Shown: positions 1-9,270, counted from the first letter of the stretch. The stretch is 37,805 bases of DNA from Gemmatimonadota bacterium (GCA_003697105.1 RFFQ01000072.1:1-37805); one strand, 5' to 3'. Notes: generated by a model not told the origin, from the letters alone. Numbers and translations: made by a program.

Positions 1-135
1 ATTCAGTTCATTTAACACTTTGACCCCAATTTGGGGGATCATTGTGGCCGGGTACTTATGTAAATTGGGGTATGCACTGGCGTATGACTCGTTCAAAAAG
101 TCATATTCCGGATTTCGGATGACGTTATATTTCAT
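1..135 (-). CDS. N-terminal part of an amino (N4-cytosine-type) DNA methyltransferase, M.MvaI-like; truncated by window edge
   Basis: Not in the ORF track. ATG at 135-133 overlaps the TGA of the upstream endonuclease (TGATG). Translation MKYNVIRNPEYDFLNESYASAYPNLHKYPATMIPQIGVKVLNELN... contains the H-x-Y-P-A-x-M-I-P-Q motif of MvaI-like amino-methyltransferases. Frame stays open to position 1. Confidence 0.85.
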   Translation of the reverse strand, partial: MKYNVIRNPEYDFLNESYASAYPNLHKYPATMIPQIGVKVLNELN

Positions 136-815
136 CAAATATCCCGGATATGGGTAAATAATTTGGGAAGTTTGTCTTCAGATGTTCTAAAACCTGTCCC
201 ATGATTTCTGGCTCTAGTTCTTTTATCATGGAGTCGTAAATCGACAAGGATATCGCCAGTTTTGAACAGGTCGGAAAGCAATTCAGGTGTCGTACCTTCC
301 ATTAGCTGTGCCCGATAGAAATGAAAATATTCCCGTCCACCTCTTTCCTCTGTTCTCGCGGAGATAAACAGAAGCGCCGGGATTTTTTGCATAAAACGCT
401 CTGCCAATGTAGCTAAGTGCCATATGGCAATCACTTCACCGGAGGTATGCTGAACAGAAATTTCCGATTCCGTCACGGTTAGAAAAAGTCCGGCACTATT
501 CGGCTTTAAAGACATCGTGTAGTACATTCCCAGACGGTTATTTCTATCATAACTACCATACTTTCGAATCGCGTCAAGTGGGTTTATTTGCCACACGTTC
601 CGGTTGAATGTAAACAATGTGATTAAATTGCTACTACCATCCCGGTGTGCTTTTATTTCAATTTTGTCCAGATCCGGTAATGCAAGATTGTTTTCTTTGA
701 GTCCTAACGCTGTTTCAAGGGTATATCCAATTCCGGTGGGACCCTTTCGCTTTGTGGGAATAAACCCTTCTCGTTTTAATTCCGAAAATCGAATTTTGGA
801 TTCATCTAACGCCAT
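135..815 (-). CDS. MvaI/BcnI family type II restriction endonuclease
   Basis: TGIGYTLETALGLKENN, PD-x4-E-I-K (PD-(D/E)xK core), LITLFT and RNHGTGFR are characteristic of the family. Directly coupled to a methyltransferase. Confidence 0.9.
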   Translation of the reverse strand: MALDESKIRFSELKREGFIPTKRKGPTGIGYTLETALGLKENNLALPDLDKIEIKAHRDGSSNLITLFTFNRNVWQINPLDAIRKYGSYDRNNRLGMYYTMSLKPNSAGLFLTVTESEISVQHTSGEVIAIWHLATLAERFMQKIPALLFISARTEERGGREYFHFYRAQLMEGTTPELLSDLFKTGDILVDLRLHDKRTRARNHGTGFRTSEDKLPKLFTHIRDI

Positions 816-843
816 TGCTGTATTTCCAAACGGGTGAACGGGA

Positions 844-1284
844 TTAACGGGGAAAAAGGTTCTCTCTCCGCCACAGTGTATGTAAGGGATACCGTACCAA
901 CAGTTTGCCTTCCATTAGGGTCCGGTCGTAATTGATGAATCCATTTACACAATAGATTTCCGGAGGCGTACAATTATAAATCAATTTAAATTCTTGGTCG
1001 CCTCGACGGTAATCGTTGGTGAATATCATAGCAACAAGCCCGTTGTTTGCACTGCCCACGAAAATATCCACTTCCATGCCATCCAACCCGGTTGTATTGT
1101 TGATATACCCGTAATCCAAAGGATAGATAATGTGCGGGTACTCTGGGTGCGCCGTACCGTAAGGTCGATCAATGGAAATACCATTGGTCTCAATCAAACA
1201 CTCCCAAAAGAGCCAATCAATACTCGCCGAGTTTAGATGGAGTGAAGAAGACATGATAAACAGAGTAAAGGGGCAATCATACAT
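844..1284 (-). CDS. Short family I inorganic pyrophosphatase-like protein (start may be ATG at 1254)
   Basis: IDRPYGTAHP...YPLDYGYI...DGMEVDIF resembles the PPase YPxNYG and DGDPxD motifs, with the central Asp replaced. Confidence 0.7.
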   Translation of the reverse strand: MYDCPFTLFIMSSSLHLNSASIDWLFWECLIETNGISIDRPYGTAHPEYPHIIYPLDYGYINNTTGLDGMEVDIFVGSANNGLVAMIFTNDYRRGDQEFKLIYNCTPPEIYCVNGFINYDRTLMEGKLLVRYPLHTLWRRENLFPR

Positions 1285-1384
1285 CGATAACGGTTTGTTT
1301 AAGATATAGAACTACCAAATCAATCACAAGTAAAAAATAGAGTTATCACTTATTTACGATAAATCGACATCCTAGTCTTTAATA

Positions 1385-1413
1385 TTGACATTTAAGCCCG
1401 GATCGGGTATTAA
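1385..1413 (+). promoter_or_regulatory. Putative sigma70 promoter for pfk
   Basis: TTGACA (1385-1390), 17 bp spacer, TATTAA (1408-1413). GGAGGG RBS before ATG 1463. Confidence 0.55.
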
Positions 1414-1462
1414 TCAATCCTATTAACACGTCCCTGATCATTTTTAGTGTGGAGGGTTTTGC

Positions 1463-2668
1463 ATGGCAAATGTGAACAAAATCAAAGGTGTGATTGGGAT
1501 TTTGACCGGCGGCGGCGATGTCCCCGGCTTAAACCCAGCCATACGCGGTGTTACCATCCGTGCATTACGAGAAGGTTATAAAGTGATTGGTCTGCGTCGA
1601 GGGTGGGCTGGCATCATGGAAATCAAGCGGGACAAAAAGGCTGATAATAGTGAGTGCTTTCGTGAATTAAGTGAAGAGATTGTCAACCGCGCGGCGCGCA
1701 CTGGAGGAACATTTTTGCACAGTTCGCGCACTCGACCCAGCCGGGTACCTCAAGTGAATGTCCCCGAACATCTGCGGGATACCTATAAAGAGGAAGTGAA
1801 TGACTTGACCGATGAGGTGATTAAAAATTTAGAATTTTTAGGGATTGATTACCTGATCCCCATTGGGGGAGATGATACCCTCAGCTACGGTGTAGAACTG
1901 TATAAGCGAGGGGTCAAGGTCGTTGCGATCCCCAAAACAATGGATAATGATGTGCCCGGTACGGATTATTGCATTGGCTTTAGCACCTGTGTCACCCGAA
2001 CTATTAGCTTGACCCATAGTTTGCGCACTTCCGCCGGTTCCCATGAGCGATTTTTGGTGCTCGAAGTGTTCGGACGTTATGCCGGCTTCACCGCCATGTT
2101 ACCCACGATGGCAGGTGCGGCAAACCGGTGTGTTATCCCGGAATATAAATTTGATATTGAGCAGTTGACCCAGTTACTGGTCGAAGACCGCTATCGCAAC
2201 CCGAGTAAATATTCCGTGGTTTTGGTATCGGAAGGAGCGATGTTCAAAGGGGGAGAGATGGTCTTTGAGAGTCAGGAAAAAGATGCCTACGGACACGCCA
2301 AACTCGGCGGTATCGGAGATTTAGTGTCGGCAAAATTGCGGGAGCTATCCCCCAAATACAACAACGGACGCCGAATTAATGTGATTAACCAAAAATTGGG
2401 CTATATGGTGCGCGGGGGTGACCCAGATGCCATTGATTCTATCGTCCCCATGGCATACGGCAACTTGGCGCTAGACCTCATCTTAAAAGGTCTGCACGGG
2501 CGAATGGTGGTACTGAAGAATGGACGGTATGATAATGTGCCCCTTGAGGTTGTGGTTAGCGCAAAAAAAGTGGTTGATGTGGAAAAGTTTTATAACACGG
2601 AACGTCTGCGACCCTTCTACAAAAGCTTTGAAATGAAACCGTTGTTCATTATGACCAGTGAATTGTAA
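1463..2668 (+). CDS. pfp: Phosphofructokinase (PfkA family), predicted pyrophosphate-dependent
   Basis: GILTGGGDVPGLN, GGTFLHSSR, GGDDT and PKTMDND. The D104/K124 signature indicates PPi donor specificity. EVFGR and LGYMVRGG also present. Confidence 0.9.
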   Translation: MANVNKIKGVIGILTGGGDVPGLNPAIRGVTIRALREGYKVIGLRRGWAGIMEIKRDKKADNSECFRELSEEIVNRAARTGGTFLHSSRTRPSRVPQVNVPEHLRDTYKEEVNDLTDEVIKNLEFLGIDYLIPIGGDDTLSYGVELYKRGVKVVAIPKTMDNDVPGTDYCIGFSTCVTRTISLTHSLRTSAGSHERFLVLEVFGRYAGFTAMLPTMAGAANRCVIPEYKFDIEQLTQLLVEDRYRNPSKYSVVLVSEGAMFKGGEMVFESQEKDAYGHAKLGGIGDLVSAKLRELSPKYNNGRRINVINQKLGYMVRGGDPDAIDSIVPMAYGNLALDLILKGLHGRMVVLKNGRYDNVPLEVVVSAKKVVDVEKFYNTERLRPFYKSFEMKPLFIMTSEL

Positions 2669-2685
2669 ACACCACAAAATAAAAC

Positions 2686-2712
2686 GGCGAGTCTGCTAGG
2701 CTCGCCTTTTTT
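2686..2712 (+). terminator. Intrinsic terminator between convergent genes (probably bidirectional)
   Basis: GGCGAGTC-TGCTA-GGCTCGCC stem followed by TTTTTT, with an A-run on the other side. Confidence 0.75.
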
Positions 2713-5090
2713 CATTCCACCAACCGCACATTCCAGAAGTCCAGAAGGCGTTCCACATCATCAAAGGTGATAACACCATCTTGATCCAAATCGTAGCGTA
2801 GCTGATACCGCCCATCCCCCCATGTACCCCCCAGATGAATAAGTAACAGTTGCAAATCGATCAAATCAACGTTCAAATCATCATTGAGATCAAAGGGAAA
2901 TCCGCCACGCTGAATCGCCACATTCACCCCGATCCCTACCGGATTTTGATCCGGATCGGAAGTAATCAACCAGAGGGTATCTTGTAGGTTATCGGCTTCA
3001 ATACCGCTCAGATCGATGAGGAGGAATAGGCTGTCCGAGGTACAGGGGGGGATGTAGCGCGGGATATTGGGACGAATGTTCTCCAAAGGCAACCATTCCG
3101 GCAACCGGTCGGAATCTATGTACACCTCAAGGGTATCTGTGCCCTGATTTGTGAGGCTGATCCGTTGCTCATAGCTTCCATTTTCCATCAGCCGGAGAAA
3201 CACCTGCTGGGGCTGGAGTTGCAACACCGCATGTTCGAGGTCACTCACGACACAAAATCGAGCGGCATCATGAGTATTAAGGATCGCCCCGCCCATCTCT
3301 CGTTCGTCGAGCACCACCCGTGAGTGTGTAACCTGCAAATTAAACGAGATACCCGCTGGAACCATCTCCGCAAGCGTGACATGGAACGCAAAGAGAGGTT
3401 GACCGACCCCAGCCGGAATCGGACTTGATATTGTTATTTCAATTCGATTCCCCATCCGGGTATATTCCAGTTCAACCCCCTCACCGGTTGGAACCACCTC
3501 AATCTGTTCAATCCACGCCGGTTGAACCACCAGTGTGTCCCATTGAGCGATCAGATGGAGGGTTTGAATCGCGGTGAGGGGATTGGACACCCAAACCGGT
3601 ACGGCTGCCGTGTCACCCGGCATTACAAAGGGATCATCTAATTGCAAACCTCCGATCCAGCGCCAACTGCCTACATTGGCGACTTCTCCCGGTGCCGTCT
3701 CTATGGTTTCTTCCGTGATTGAAAAGATAGATTCACCCGTAGTGTCATTCCGGCAGTCCATGTACATTGCGCTATCTGCCGGAATTGCCAAGCGGAAAAA
3801 CCCGGCGGTTTCTGGGTTGCCGTCGTCAATGCCATTGGGTTCGGTCATGTAGATCGCTTTCGGCGGGCTACTATAGGCAACAGAGAGTTTGCGCGGCAAT
3901 CCGGCTCGTAGCCCGCTTCGTTCATCGGCAAAGATACCTTCCACCCATCCCATCCAAAATTCGGGTGTTTCGGGGCAGGTCACGGAATCACAACCAATGA
4001 TAACCGGTACTGGAAACCCGGTGGTCCAGCGGTCTTCGCCATTTTCTTGAATCGCAACAGAAAACCACCAGTCATTACCGGGGGTTTGTGCACCATCCGC
4101 CCGAAAAAAGAGGGGTATTTGCTGGTCAAATGCCGTTGCGATAAATCGGGGTTGGTTGTCTGCCGGGGCGTTGGTGTCAATCCATTCCTGATGTTCTGGG
4201 TCATACGTTTGACCGAAATATTCCAAAGAGTCTTCATCTCTATCCCTTTGGTAAAACTGAATTTTATATCGATATTCTTGTTCCGGTTCCAGACCGATAA
4301 AGCGCGGCAGGCACGCATTTTCAGAGGTGCTATCATTAATGACCCAACTGGGGTAATGGACGTAGTCTCCACTGGTAAGCTGGATACCGGTAGCCGCACT
4401 TCCGCGCAAGTCCACGCGCGAGATATCCGCATTTGCCTGAACTTGCAAATAACTTCGGACGGTACCCCTCTGTTCCGGGGTAAAACTGACGGCGAAAAGA
4501 GCTTGACCTCCCGCAGGGATGATCTGTTGTACCGGAGTCACCTGAAATTGAGGATTACGGCGGGTGATCTGGATGTGTACGGGGTGGGGATCCTCGTTAC
4601 GAACCGTCAATGGAAGGGTCTGAGTTGTGCCCAACGGCACGTGATCAAATTCCAGTTCAGGGGGATCAAACTGAACCGGCGGCGGAAGGTATGTCAATAT
4701 TAACGGTATAAAATGCGGCGTTTCTGGGTCGTTGTGGAGTAGTTCGATTTCGCCATAATATTCGCCGTAATCTAATCCTTCTACGGTAAACTGGAGGTCG
4801 ATGTGGGACGAGTCACCGGGTTCTAGCACAAACGCATTTCCGTGGGGAGGTGGATTTAGTATTTCCACCCAGTCAATGTCTTCTGAAAAGATTAAGAGCA
4901 AAATATCGTTGCCTTGATTCCGAAACACGATCCGGCTAACGGCAACGGATTCTGGAGCTTGAATCGTGTTATGAATTTGATTGTGGGAGATGCTCAAGCC
5001 CCCCTCTGCAAGGTCTTCTGCCAAAAGGTTGTCTGGTATGGTGAGTTGGATCAGTAGAAGTGCGATATATGCGGGAAAAAAGCATTTCAT
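2712..5090 (-). CDS. Secreted modular protein: signal peptide, Ig-like (ASH/choice-of-anchor-D-like) domains, cohesin-like domain, C-terminal dockerin
   Basis: N-terminal signal peptide. LEFDHVPLGTTQTLPLTVRN and ISLTNQGTDTL are Ig-like repeats. PGDTAAVPVWVSN...LHLIAQWD is cohesin-like. DLNDDLNVDLIDL...DLDQDGVITFDD are duplicated Ca-binding dockerin loops. Confidence 0.7.
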   Translation of the reverse strand: MKCFFPAYIALLLIQLTIPDNLLAEDLAEGGLSISHNQIHNTIQAPESVAVSRIVFRNQGNDILLLIFSEDIDWVEILNPPPHGNAFVLEPGDSSHIDLQFTVEGLDYGEYYGEIELLHNDPETPHFIPLILTYLPPPVQFDPPELEFDHVPLGTTQTLPLTVRNEDPHPVHIQITRRNPQFQVTPVQQIIPAGGQALFAVSFTPEQRGTVRSYLQVQANADISRVDLRGSAATGIQLTSGDYVHYPSWVINDSTSENACLPRFIGLEPEQEYRYKIQFYQRDRDEDSLEYFGQTYDPEHQEWIDTNAPADNQPRFIATAFDQQIPLFFRADGAQTPGNDWWFSVAIQENGEDRWTTGFPVPVIIGCDSVTCPETPEFWMGWVEGIFADERSGLRAGLPRKLSVAYSSPPKAIYMTEPNGIDDGNPETAGFFRLAIPADSAMYMDCRNDTTGESIFSITEETIETAPGEVANVGSWRWIGGLQLDDPFVMPGDTAAVPVWVSNPLTAIQTLHLIAQWDTLVVQPAWIEQIEVVPTGEGVELEYTRMGNRIEITISSPIPAGVGQPLFAFHVTLAEMVPAGISFNLQVTHSRVVLDEREMGGAILNTHDAARFCVVSDLEHAVLQLQPQQVFLRLMENGSYEQRISLTNQGTDTLEVYIDSDRLPEWLPLENIRPNIPRYIPPCTSDSLFLLIDLSGIEADNLQDTLWLITSDPDQNPVGIGVNVAIQRGGFPFDLNDDLNVDLIDLQLLLIHLGGTWGDGRYQLRYDLDQDGVITFDDVERLLDFWNVRLVE

Positions 5091-8000
5091 GCCGTGTCCT
5101 CCGCCGGTTTGAGATACGTCTCAATCTGATGCTGCCACTGCCGGGCTTTATCGGTTAGGTGGTTTCGGTTCAAGAGGGCGATATACTCTTGGTAATAGAT
5201 AACTTTATCCATAATAAACGGGTATGCATACTGATGAAGTTGGTGATAGATGGTTTCGATTTGTTCCAATCCTTGTTCGTAGGCGGTTTGGGCGGCGTCC
5301 CACTCCTGTAGGTCACTTAGTACGCGGGCATAGCCGAGATACGTCTGCCATTGAATATCGGGATCACCGGTGGGCATCTTTTCAAGGGCGTTTTCATAAG
5401 CCTGGCGAGCAGATTCATACTGGTGTAACCCGCGGAGACAGTTACCCCACGCGAGGTAAATATGGGTACATTCTTCGGCAGATTCGGCATGAAAGGTCAC
5501 GTGATCGATGTTGTCCACGGCGTGTTGATGGTAATCTAGTGCCTTTTCCAATTGATTCTGTGTTTGGTACCATAAACCGATAAAATTAAGGGTTTTGGTG
5601 CGCTCTGCCATAAAACCGTGTGCTTCCGCCAGTTCTAAGGCGTGCTGGTAGCATTGTAGCGCATCCTCAAACTGACCCGCTTTTTGGTGCACTAAACCTT
5701 TCCAGCGCAACAGATACGCTTCTTGTTCGGGATTTTGTAAGATGGTTATTTCATGCAGTGCTTCCGTGTAATACACCAACGAAAGCTCATAATTGTTGAC
5801 CACCTGATACATCCAACCGAGGGCAAACAACGCATCTTTGCGGTCTTCGGGGTTGTGTGTGGCATACGTCGCAATTTGGAGTGATTTTTGATACGCGGTA
5901 ATTGCCTCTTCGTAATTGCCTTGCGCAAAGTAAATCCGTCCTAATTTTTGGTAAGCGAGACCTTCTTCTTTAACATATCCAATGGATTGCGCCAGATGTA
6001 AAGTTTCGGTGGCTGTGGCGAGGGCATTTTCAATTTGGTGCCGGTCGAAATAAATCCAAACCAGATTGGAGAGGGTTTCGCACGCTTTTGCCCGATTACC
6101 ACAGATGTGGTAGAGTTCTGCCGCCTGTTGGTAGTAGGTGAGCGCGGAATCGAACGCTTCCTGATAATAGTGTACAATACCAATGTTGCGTAAGGTGTCG
6201 GCACGACCTTCGGCATCATCTGTGTGTTCGTGCAAGCGTAACGCGTGATGGTACCGTGTCATTGCTTGTTCCAAATCACCTTCCAACAGATAAGACACCC
6301 CGATATTATTTAAAAGAGCGGCTTCCTGAGCGAGTTCTCCGGTTTCTTGCGCCAATTGAAGTGCGTTTTCCCAGAGATTTCGGGCACGTTCCTGCTGCCC
6401 CATGATGCTATGGATTTTCCCTTGTCCCTTTAAGGCACTGATTTTTAATGGAATCCGGCGTTCTTGCTCGCAAAGGTGCTCTATCTGTTCATAATCGGAC
6501 AAGGCATGGCGGTAATTACCCACAAGTTCAAGCACTTCTGCCCGGCGGTATATCAAGTGTACTCGTTCCCAAACGGAGTCTTTCCCTAAAGTTGCTTGGA
6601 GGTCAATCGCTTTGCTGTAAAAATAGATGGCGAGGGAATTATCATACTGGGCACGCGCCAGTTCGGCAGCTTTTTCGTAGTAAAATCGTTGTTTCTGCAC
6701 ATTGGTGGTAAAACTATAATGATAGGCAAGATGGTAGATAAACGGTTCTAACGTATGGGCATAGGTTTTTTCCAAATACATCGCGACTTTTTCATGCAAC
6801 TGCTGGCGGTGGGCAAAGCGTAGATTTTTGTATGCGGCTTCTTGTACCAGCAGATGTTTAAAGAGATACCATTGTTCTGCTGCTGAAACTGTTACCCGTT
6901 TTAGGTATGTTTTACTAAGGTGTTGGACGGTTTCTGTTAATTGTTGGGAGTCAATCGCAATCGGGTAGATATTCGTAAGTTGGTCCATCGTAAAGCTTTC
7001 ACCGATCACAGAGGCAACTTCCAGAATCAATTTACTCTGTTCGTCCAAACGCTGGATTCGTTGTTGGAGCAACTCATTTACGTTTTCCGGTAGTTTTATA
7101 GAAGCGGGTGGGACGGTCAGTTGGCTGTTTGTTTCAAGGTCGCCGGTTACAAGAATGCCTTGATCCTGCAATTCGAGCACAAACTCTTTGATAAAAAAGA
7201 GATTTCCCCGGCTTTTCCGGCGAATCCGTTCAATGAGGGTCACGGGTAAGGGTTTTATGCTCAGTTGGGTCTCAATCAACTGGTTAATTTCCACGTTTGA
7301 TAGGGGTTCGAGGGGAAGATCATGGTAATAGGGTAGTTCACGTAACCCATTCAGGGGGTCCTCGGTTGAAGGGGTGGGAGGATGGCAAGTTATCACAATG
7401 AGTAAGGGTATGGTTTCCAGTGCTTGCGCGAGGTGGTTCAGTAATTCGAGCGAAAGGGGATCAATCCAATGGAGATTTTCCAGTACCAACACAAGGGGTT
7501 TATAACGACATTCTCGACGGAAGAGTTCCTGAATCAGGTAAAACAAGCTCTGTTGGCGTAGGGCAGGGGTCAAGGCGGTAGATTCGGGGGTTTCCGGTAT
7601 GTTCAGGTGCAAGATGTCATTCCACAGGGGAGTTAAGGCTAAACATTCGGGACAGACCCGCTGCATATACTGGTGAACCCGTGCAGAGTTGCGTTCCGCA
7701 TTGGATGCTGTTTCCAGATGGAAAAAAGATGAAAGCAGATCAGACCAGACCTGATAAGGTCGATTCAGATGAAGTGGGGTACATTCCCCACTGTGAGTGA
7801 AATATGCAGATGTTGCTGGGGTATGATTGACCCACTCTTGTACTAAACGTGATTTTCCAACGCCGGGATGTCCGGTAATGGCAATGAGTTGCCCGTGGTG
7901 CCGGGTATGTCGGTAAATCTGTTCCATCTGGTTCAGTTGGTGCGTTCGCCCAATAAAACGGTGGGATTTTCGGGGGGTGGGCAACTTCCTGCCTTCCAAC

Positions 8001-9202
8001 TGGTAGAGGGCATACGGCACTTCCCGCGGCAACGGCGGTGGGAGTTGAATCGCCTGCCAAACAAATTGGTGGTGGTTTTTTTGAGCCGCCGCCGAGGTAA
8101 TCACCACTTGACCCGGCGGTACCTTCTCCACCAGTTGCTGGAGTATTTCAACGGTATCCCCTAATAACACAACCTGCGAATAACCGGCAGAGTCGAATTG
8201 CTGTATCTCCACAGTACCGGTATGAATGGCTATCCGTTGCAAACCGGTGAACGGTAGCGTCCCGGCGGCATGTTGCATCTCCAAACTACATGCCAGCGCC
8301 GGAAATGCGCCACGCTGGCGGTCTGCTTCAAACATAATTTGTAGCTGTAATCCCTGTGTCCCGGCATCCAGATGCATAAGTTCCCCATTGTATTTGCGGA
8401 TAAAGGCAAGCATGGTGGTGGTGTAATGGTGCAGTTTATCATAAACGTCAGGGTCGTGTAGAAAGTCCAATCCCGTAAAAATAGCATGGAGCAAAACCGG
8501 CGTAGCCGCGGGCCGTATCACCGGGGTACCGGAAAGAGGGGGACGCCAGTTTTTGAAGGTGTTGAATGGAACGGATGGGACCTCCGGTAAGGTAATTTCC
8601 ATCGAAAGCACGCGCTTTAATTCTGTTACCGGACAGTACCGGTTCAACGTATGGTCTAAGGCGATACTTTCTGTGAGGGGTTGGTAGTGTTGTATGTCCG
8701 GTGACGGTTCTGTAAGTAGATAATTTGCCGGAAAGTCGGGTCCAAAGTTGCTGATGGAAATGTGCCCCGGGCGAAGGGTCGCGTTGAATTGCCACGCCCC
8801 GGGGTGTGTCTGCTTTTGTAGATACCGTATGCTTTGCAACCCGTTGTGGAGTAATGTCTTCCATTCCATTTTTTCTGCTTTGGGGAACAAGACCGTCAAA
8901 TGGTCTTTGCCAATTTTTCCAACGATACCGCCAAAATATGGTAAGGGTTCGATGAGGGTCGGCAAGACCGCAGGAGATGGGGGATCGGGTTGGGTCGGGG
9001 AGAGGATGACCTCCAAAATAAGCGCCGGATACCGGTGAGTAAGCGGTGCTGAGACTCGCGGTGAGGTTTCTGGCGCCGATATTCCCTCAGGGGGTACGGC
9101 TCGAAAAGACAGTTTCATGGGGTTTTTGTCGATATCGTCGAAATAAATAAAAAGCAAGAACCACATGGGATGCGGCGGTGATTTGAATTCTGCAAAAATC
9201 AT
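5087..9202 (-). CDS. Degenerate tandem class III nucleotide cyclase domains + STAND/AAA NTPase + long TPR array (likely start ATG 9118)
   Basis: Cyclase-like segments FGGIVGKIGKDHLTVLF and RIAIHTG...LLGDTVEILQQL. FIGRTHQL, Walker A GHPGVGKS, Walker B LVLENLHW, GNLFF and YLFKHLLVQEAAY. More than 10 TPR motifs in the C-terminal half. Confidence 0.85.
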   Translation of the reverse strand: MIFAEFKSPPHPMWFLLFIYFDDIDKNPMKLSFRAVPPEGISAPETSPRVSAPLTHRYPALILEVILSPTQPDPPSPAVLPTLIEPLPYFGGIVGKIGKDHLTVLFPKAEKMEWKTLLHNGLQSIRYLQKQTHPGAWQFNATLRPGHISISNFGPDFPANYLLTEPSPDIQHYQPLTESIALDHTLNRYCPVTELKRVLSMEITLPEVPSVPFNTFKNWRPPLSGTPVIRPAATPVLLHAIFTGLDFLHDPDVYDKLHHYTTTMLAFIRKYNGELMHLDAGTQGLQLQIMFEADRQRGAFPALACSLEMQHAAGTLPFTGLQRIAIHTGTVEIQQFDSAGYSQVVLLGDTVEILQQLVEKVPPGQVVITSAAAQKNHHQFVWQAIQLPPPLPREVPYALYQLEGRKLPTPRKSHRFIGRTHQLNQMEQIYRHTRHHGQLIAITGHPGVGKSRLVQEWVNHTPATSAYFTHSGECTPLHLNRPYQVWSDLLSSFFHLETASNAERNSARVHQYMQRVCPECLALTPLWNDILHLNIPETPESTALTPALRQQSLFYLIQELFRRECRYKPLVLVLENLHWIDPLSLELLNHLAQALETIPLLIVITCHPPTPSTEDPLNGLRELPYYHDLPLEPLSNVEINQLIETQLSIKPLPVTLIERIRRKSRGNLFFIKEFVLELQDQGILVTGDLETNSQLTVPPASIKLPENVNELLQQRIQRLDEQSKLILEVASVIGESFTMDQLTNIYPIAIDSQQLTETVQHLSKTYLKRVTVSAAEQWYLFKHLLVQEAAYKNLRFAHRQQLHEKVAMYLEKTYAHTLEPFIYHLAYHYSFTTNVQKQRFYYEKAAELARAQYDNSLAIYFYSKAIDLQATLGKDSVWERVHLIYRRAEVLELVGNYRHALSDYEQIEHLCEQERRIPLKISALKGQGKIHSIMGQQERARNLWENALQLAQETGELAQEAALLNNIGVSYLLEGDLEQAMTRYHHALRLHEHTDDAEGRADTLRNIGIVHYYQEAFDSALTYYQQAAELYHICGNRAKACETLSNLVWIYFDRHQIENALATATETLHLAQSIGYVKEEGLAYQKLGRIYFAQGNYEEAITAYQKSLQIATYATHNPEDRKDALFALGWMYQVVNNYELSLVYYTEALHEITILQNPEQEAYLLRWKGLVHQKAGQFEDALQCYQHALELAEAHGFMAERTKTLNFIGLWYQTQNQLEKALDYHQHAVDNIDHVTFHAESAEECTHIYLAWGNCLRGLHQYESARQAYENALEKMPTGDPDIQWQTYLGYARVLSDLQEWDAAQTAYEQGLEQIETIYHQLHQYAYPFIMDKVIYYQEYIALLNRNHLTDKARQWQHQIETYLKPAEDTA

Positions 9203-9270
9203 GCTGATTTACCAGTGGGGTTCTATGGCAAATTTACCCTTATTTCAGTGAAGATTTCCTGAAAAAGCGT

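Noticed and set aside
1397..1407. CCCG-GAT-CGGG palindrome in the pfk promoter spacer
   Set aside because: The 4-bp arms are too short to distinguish from chance in a CCGG-rich genome.
4047..4703. 218-aa + strand ORF (and other short ORFs at 3574-4432)
   Set aside because: They are antisense or alternate-frame to the secreted modular protein, with no RBS or recognisable motifs.
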